DNA of 64,000 nucleotides from Eledone cirrhosa (taxonomy: Eukaryota): contig OZ024740.1 of NCBI GenBank assembly GCA_964016885.1, positions 144,088,001 through 144,152,000 of the forward strand, given 5' to 3'. Within the stretch, counting starts at the first letter, position 1. Each line of letters begins with the position of its first letter. Of the stretch, positions 57,413-64,000 are shown in pieces. The notes under the pieces are model-generated. The model was given only the letters and a program-made list of their open reading frames with translations, ran no database searches and was not told the origin of the DNA. The position numbers and the translations under genes are program-made.

Positions 57413-59449
57413 AACACACATATATATATATATATAAACACATATATATATATAAACACACACATACATCCATATATATAAACACACACATACATACATA
57501 TATATATATATATACACATGCATATATATATATATATATACACATGCATATATATATATACACATGCATACATATATATACACATACATACATATATATA
57601 CACATACATACATATATATATACACACACATATATATATATACACATACATGTATATATATATACACACATACATATATATACACATACATACATACACA
57701 TACATAATACATACATACACATACATGTATATATATATATATCCACATACACACATACATATATATACATATACACTTACATATATACATACACACACAT
57801 ACATATATACATTCACACATACATATATACCGTCGGTAACAGCAATAGAACAGGTGAATATTTAAATTGTTTGTATTCGTCTTATTCAGGAAACCTCTGT
57901 TAATGAGGTAATTATATTGTATTGTTTATTATACATTAAATTTAGCTCTGTAACTTACATAGAGCACTCTTCACTCCTATGACTTTTTCAATTTTCAACG
58001 GAAACTTCAATACTTATATATATATATAGGGAGCTTATAGATAGGACAACACATGGTTTTTCGTGGTGGTAAGTTTTTACTAATTTTCGTATTCTGAAAG
58101 ACCAAAATACAACACAATTTTTGCTCGTTGGACGCCAGGAAATGTTCTGACAAAAGCTGTGGAAGCTACAGAAATATTCCATATATTCTTCCAGAGCAAT
58201 CTCTATTTAAAATTTTTTTACATTTAACGCTTACAAAATGGCCATAAATTCAAATTCTGAAAAGAGAGGAAAAGGGACAAGTGAACTATGAACTATGAAC
58301 TTGTTATATCTCACTGCCCTCCACCACCACAAGAACGTCTACACTCGCTCCCCACCATCACCACATAAGTCATTACCTTATCTAAGGTGGCTGACCTGTT
58401 GACAAACTGCTAACCCCTTTGTTGTATGTGTGTGTATATATGTATGTATATCTCAGTGGATGCGACCAGATTTCAACACAGCAACAACACCATTGTCTGT
58501 GTTGAATGTGTGTGTATGTATGTATATATGTACGTCAAAATTATTTATAAAACTGTTTATATATTGTATTTTATCTGACGAATGCATGCCATATTTTAAT
58601 TTGGTATCCCTGAAATATGTATAATGAAATAAATATGGTTTTATAAATATAGTTTCCATTTATTTAATATCGTATATCTACTCCAAAAACTTGTCGAGTG
58701 CTTTATTTCAGTTATAAAAAATTTACTTGTTATCCCAACAATTTTAAATAAAACTTTTGCATATATGTGTATGTATATATATGTATGTGTATATATCACA
58801 CGCGAAGCGAACAAATTTCAAAATTTCAACCCAGCAACTACAACAGCAACATTGTCTGCAGCAGCAGCATCAGTGAAATGAACAACAACAACAACGACAA
58901 CAACAATAACTGCCATCACCAGCGATCAGGCTTTAAAAACAACTATAATAATTGTTTCTACTTTTGGCATAAGGCCAGCAATTATGCCAGTGTATTACTG
59001 GGACTTTATTTTATCGACACCATAAGGATGAAAAGCAAAGTTAACCTCGGCGGGATTTGAACTCAGACCATAAAGGACCGTAACTCTTTGCTGCAAAGCA
59101 TGGTGTCCGACCCTCTACCGATACTGAATAACTATTCTGTTCTTGGCACGGGGCAGCGATTGTCCCAGCGCATTGCTGGTGCCTTTTTTTTTGGGGGGGG
59201 GGGCGTTGCTCTTTGCTGTAAAGCAAACAATTATTATTATTATTATATAAAAACTGAACTGGACTGGAAAAGTCAACAGTTGACATGATTTTTATTTTGT
59301 ATCAGTACTGACGGTAATATATATATATATATGTATGTGTTTATGTGTGTGAGTGGTGTGTGTGTTTGTATTCATGAGTGTTGGTGTGTGAGTGGCGTGT
59401 GTGTTTGTAGTTTGTATACATGAGTGTTGGTGTGTGGGTGAGTGTCTGT

Positions 59450-61201
59450 GTGCATTGAGTGTCAATAAGTGGTTGCTTTTTTTTTATGACCATGCTGTAA
59501 AATGGAGGGGTAGAGAGGGCCCTTGAGTCTAGTAAGACATCCTCTCTAGTGCTGGTGGCACAAATAAAAGCACCCAGTCCATGCTGTAAAGTGGTGCTGG
59601 TGTTAGGAAGGGCAACCAGCCAGTGTATCAATGCCAAAACGATTATCAGCACAGCAACAAGAAGATAGGAACAACAAAATATGAAGACGTCGCATCTCAG
59701 AGTTGCAACAGTTAATGTTGGCACTCTCACAGGTTAATCTGCTGAAATAGCAGAGATGCTGGAGAGAAGGCATGTGGATGTGTGCTGCGTGCAAGAGGTG
59801 AGATGGAGAGGTGCCTCTTCGAGACTAGTCGTAGGCAAACATCTTAGCTATAAGCTATTCTGGGTAGGTAAGGATGATGGGTTAGGGGGAGTAGGCATTT
59901 TCCTGGGTTAGAGAATAATTAAGCTTAGATTAGTTGTAGGCAGGAGACTACTGACAATCATCTCTGCCTATGCTCCCCAAGCAGGCCTAGGCAAAGAAGA
60001 GAAAGACTGCTTTTACGAGCAACTTTTACAAACAACCGCAATGACAGAGGACGGAGACATCGTTATGCTAGCAGGGGACTTCAATGGTCATGTTGGGCAC
60101 GGTTACGGCTCAAGAGATGAAGAAGGAGTGAGACTTCTTGAATTTTGTGATGCAAGTACACCGACTATTTGCAACACTAACTTCCAGAAACCTGCCAACC
60201 ACCTAATAACCTACAAATCTGGCGAGCACATAAGCCAGATTGACTTCTTACTAGCTAGGCAGATAGTGTCTAATACCAAGGCATACCCTGGGGAAGAATG
60301 TACCCCACAGCATAGGTTAGTCGTTAGTGATATCTCAGTAAGCAAGAGATGGAATGAGACATACAGGAAGGTGTGGAGAAGAAAGGTCTGGAAGCTAAAA
60401 GACCTTTCACTAAAATACAAATTCAGGAAAGCCCTTCAAAATTTTAGAGACGTATGACATAGATAATAACTGGAATTTCTTACGTGACAACTTACTGCAG
60501 GCTACTGATGAAACTTGTGGCTGGAGCAGAGCTCCAACCAGACAGAGTGTGACCTGGTGGTGGAACAGCACTGTAGATAAGGCCATTAGAGACAAAAGAC
60601 TAGCATGGAAGGCTTGGAAAAAGGGTGGGAGTAGAGAAGGATATACAGCTGCTAAGAGAGAAGCTAGATGTCAGGTGTACTTAGCACGCAGGGAGGCTGA
60701 GAGTAGGAGGTTTGCCAATGTTCTGCGACGGGAAGATCAGAGGCATGTGGTGTTCCACATTGCAAGGCAGTGTGTCAATGCAAATCAAGATGTTGTTGGA
60801 GATAAATGTGTCCGGAATGATGCCGGTGTACTTAGTGTCACGAATGATCAGAAAAAGGAGGCCTGGAAATGTCATTATGAGAGACTGATGAATGTGGAGA
60901 ACGAATGGTAGAGAGAGAAAGAAATTACCCTCAGTAGATCCGACAGAGGGACCAGCTATTGAAATTGACGAATATAGGGTCCAAGAGGAGATTAAGGAAA
61001 TGAAAAATAGTAAGGCTGCTGGACCATCGGGGATAGTTGCTGAGATGCTGAAGGCATCAGGGGACATAGGCACTAAACTAGTTGTACGCATCATCAATCA
61101 GGCTATATATGGTGGTGTCATACCCAAAGACTGGTGCAGCAGTATTCTCATAAATTGCTACAAAGGTAAAGGGGATGCTCTGGAGAGGAGCAATTATAGG
61201 G
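59450..61201 (+). mobile_element. Degraded RTE LINE (family C), 5' half
   Basis: ATG at 59681: MKTSHLRVATVNVGTL..VQEVRWRG..GDFNGH..TWWWN..NYRG, with stops and deletions. Confidence 0.88.
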
Positions 61202-61650
61202 GTATGTCTCATTCCATCTTTTGCTTACTGAGATATCACTAACGACTAACCTATGCTGTGGGGTACATTCTTCCCCAGGGAATGCCTTGGTATTTGACAC
61301 CATCTGCCTGTCCCGCTGACTAACTAGTAAGAAGTCAATCTGGCTTATGTGCTTGCCTGATTTGTAGGTTATTAGGTGGGTGGCAAGTTTCTGGAAGTTA
61401 ATGTTGCAACTAGTCGGTGTACTTGCATCACAAAATTCAAGAAGTCTCACTCCTTCTTCATCTCTTGAGCCATAACTGTGCCCACCATGTACCCCAGTGT
61501 AACTATCCTGGAGCTGTCCAACATGACCATTGAAGTCCCCTGCTAGCATAACGATGTCTCCGTCCTCTGTCATTGCGGCTGTTTGTAAAAGTTGCTCATA
61601 AAAGCAGTCTCCTGCCTACAACTAATCTAAGCTTAATTATTCGATTATTA
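61202..61650 (-). repeat. Inverted duplicate of the family C endonuclease segment (about 59912-60364)
   Basis: MTEDGDIVMLAGDFNGHVG..SKRWNETY is present on both strands. Confidence 0.92.
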
Positions 61651-61746
61651 ACTCGAACTACATATATATACATATATGAATATATACATACATATATAAA
61701 TATATATACATACATATATAAATATATATAAATATATATACATATA

Positions 61747-62102
61747 CACGACCGTGACTTCTGGCGTCACACAGTAATACAGAGTACCCAACCTCCCATG
61801 GGTACATGCTGAAGCATATAAACAATATGCCCCCACCGCAAGGTGGTCGTGGAGGTGCCACGGCAAAAAAGCACCCAGCCCACACTGTAAAGTGGACGTG
61901 TAGGCGCCACGAAAAAGCACCCAGCACTCACTGTAAATGAGGTTGGTGTTAGGAAGGGCATCCAGCTGTAGAAATCAAGCCAGATCAGTTCCTGTATGAG
62001 CAAGGCATGGTCAGCCGACCAGACACTGCCCACAACAGGACAACCCGTCTAACCTATGCTAGCGTGGAAGAACGGACGTAAAACGGTGATGATGATGATG
62101 AT
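61747..62102 (+). mobile_element. RTE family A 3' fragment
   Basis: Reverse match to 4323-4688. Confidence 0.92.
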
Positions 62103-62303
62103 ACATACATATATAAATATATACAAATATATATACATACCTATATAAATATATACAAATATATATACATACCTATATAAATATATACAAATATATATAC
62201 ATACCTATATAAATATATACAAATATATATACATACCTATATAAATATATACAAATATATATACATACCTACATAAATATATACAAATATATATACATAC
62301 CTA
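62101..62303. repeat. 32-bp minisatellite, about 6 copies
   Basis: Unit atacatacctatataaatatatacaaatatat. Confidence 0.9.
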
Positions 62304-62832
62304 CACACACACATATACATATAAATCAGGATGGATTCAGTTTGAAACTGGCTATACCATTACTCAACAGAGTACTTGATACTTGAGGTAGTAGAGTATG
62401 GCTATATTATAAAGAGTCTGGACCCAGACTCTCGAACTAGCAGTTGAAACGGTAAGAGCTCAGCCGTCATAGTTCCCACCCTTTGACGTACACACACATA
62501 TATATGGATGGGCCCGTAACTATTGATAGAATCACAGTGACACCGTATTGACATTACAGCATTTTAAGCCTGGCACAGCCCATCCCTCTCCGGGCCTGAG
62601 TACAGCAGATTTCTTCCAGAGAAAGATAGAAAGTGAGTGAGAGGAAATGAGAAAGAGATATAGAGGAAGAATCGACCCCAGTACTAGACTGGTACTTTTT
62701 TTAATCGACCTCGAAAGGATGAAAGGCAAAGTTGACCTTGGCGGGATTTAAATTCTGAGAGCAAGGAGCCGGAACGATTTCTGCCCTGCCTGTCTCTTCA
62801 ATCTTTCTATATCTTTATTTAATTCCACATTC

Positions 62833-62872
62833 TATTTTCTGATGAAGGGCTAGCGTCCGAAACGTAAAAACT
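62833..62872 (+). ncRNA. Minimal hammerhead ribozyme motif (Penelope-like type)
   Basis: UUUU-CUGAUGA-A-GGGC-uagc-GUCC-GAAA-CG-UA-AAAA. Confidence 0.6.
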
Positions 62873-62965
62873 CTTTTCCTACTATACCAAGCGTAAAACT
62901 AATAATATATTTCTTCATTGTTCTGTCTTTTTTTTTTTTTGTTATTTCCGTTTGCCTTTTGTGTG

Positions 62966-63095
<130 letters not shown>

Positions 63096-63435
63096 GGAGG
63101 CACATGGCTTAGTGGTTAGAGCATTGGCCTTGCAATCGAAAGTTGTGAGTTCAATTCTCAGACCGGGTGATGTGTTGTTTCCTTGAGCAAGACACTTTAT
63201 TTCACATTGCTCCAGTTTACTCAGCTGTAGAAATGAGATGATAGGGACTGGGATCTCTATCATTCCACTGCAAAGTGGTCGTGGAGGTGCCACGGCAAAA
63301 AAGCACCCAGCACTCACTGTAAATGAGGTTGGTGTTAGGAAGGGCATCCAGCTGTAGAAATCAAGCCAGAATCAGTTCCCGTCCCACCCTTGCAAGCAGG
63401 GAAAAGTGGACGTAAAATGATGATGATGATGATGA

Positions 63436-63438
<3 letters not shown>
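63096..63438 (+). mobile_element. tRNA-derived SINE with RTE-type tail
   Basis: Same family as 3783-4114. Confidence 0.9.
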
Positions 63439-63472
<34 letters not shown>

Positions 63473-63814
63473 TCCTCCACTTCCACCAAGCGTGAACCTA
63501 ATATAACTGTGTACAATTGCCTCCTGTGATTTGTTCGTTCATTTTCAACTATATATATATATATATAATATATAAGATCAAAAGATGGTTAAAAGAGTTC
63601 CATGTATTTTATTATGCGCATTTCAAAAACAAATATCATCATGCGATGACATTTACGTTTTCATCAGATAAAATAGGGAGACATGATATGAAGGTTAAAA
63701 AACACTTGTGAATAGTGCATTGCTTTATTGTACTACAATAAAACTCACCTCCTACATTATATATATATATATACATACATGCATAAACACACACACACAT
63801 ATATGCATAAATGA

Positions 63815-64000
63815 ATTGAGAGAGAGAGACTGAGCATAAGACGAATCAAATGCTGTGTGCAGGAAAGGCGGTTGCGTTGGTATGGACATGGGATGCGTAT
63901 GAAGGATGACAGCTGCATAAAAAGGTGCAGAGCATTAGAAGTCGATGGAAACCGCAGAGTGGGGAGACCTAAGATGACCTGGAATGAGGTGATAAAAGCC
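63815..64000 (+). mobile_element. RTE family A fragment running off the window end
   Basis: IKCCVQERRLRWYGHGMRMKDDSCIKRC..GRPKMTW. Confidence 0.9.

Noticed and set aside
62101-62303. 32-bp repeats resembling a CRISPR array
   Set aside because: Head-to-tail with no spacers, derived from microsatellite, eukaryotic context

Overview
AT-rich animal genomic DNA, most likely an octopus or other coleoid cephalopod (inferred from the SINE/RTE repeats and the huge TA/TACA arrays). Bases 2.5-29.9 kb hold 17 phase-consistent GT-AG coding exons (3586 nt, about 1195 codons) of a minus-strand ZSWIM8 orthologue, the Cullin-RING adaptor for target-directed miRNA degradation (TDMD). Its first coding exon and its C-terminal exons were not found in the window. 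The introns and the 30-64 kb region are filled with RTE-clade LINEs, CR1-like, CRE-like and Helitron remnants, tRNA-derived SINEs, TTAA-flanked MITEs and kilobase microsatellites. Main observations: (1) an intact 1039-aa RTE LINE bracketed by a perfect 145-bp inverted repeat that includes its own tail and 33 bp of target DNA; (2) a PHD finger inside the reverse transcriptase of two RTE families; (3) minimal hammerhead ribozyme motifs of the Penelope-like type, one in the sense strand of a ZSWIM8 intron; (4) repeated fold-back inverted duplications that should form dsRNA in the pre-mRNA. All calls come from manual reading; no searches were run.
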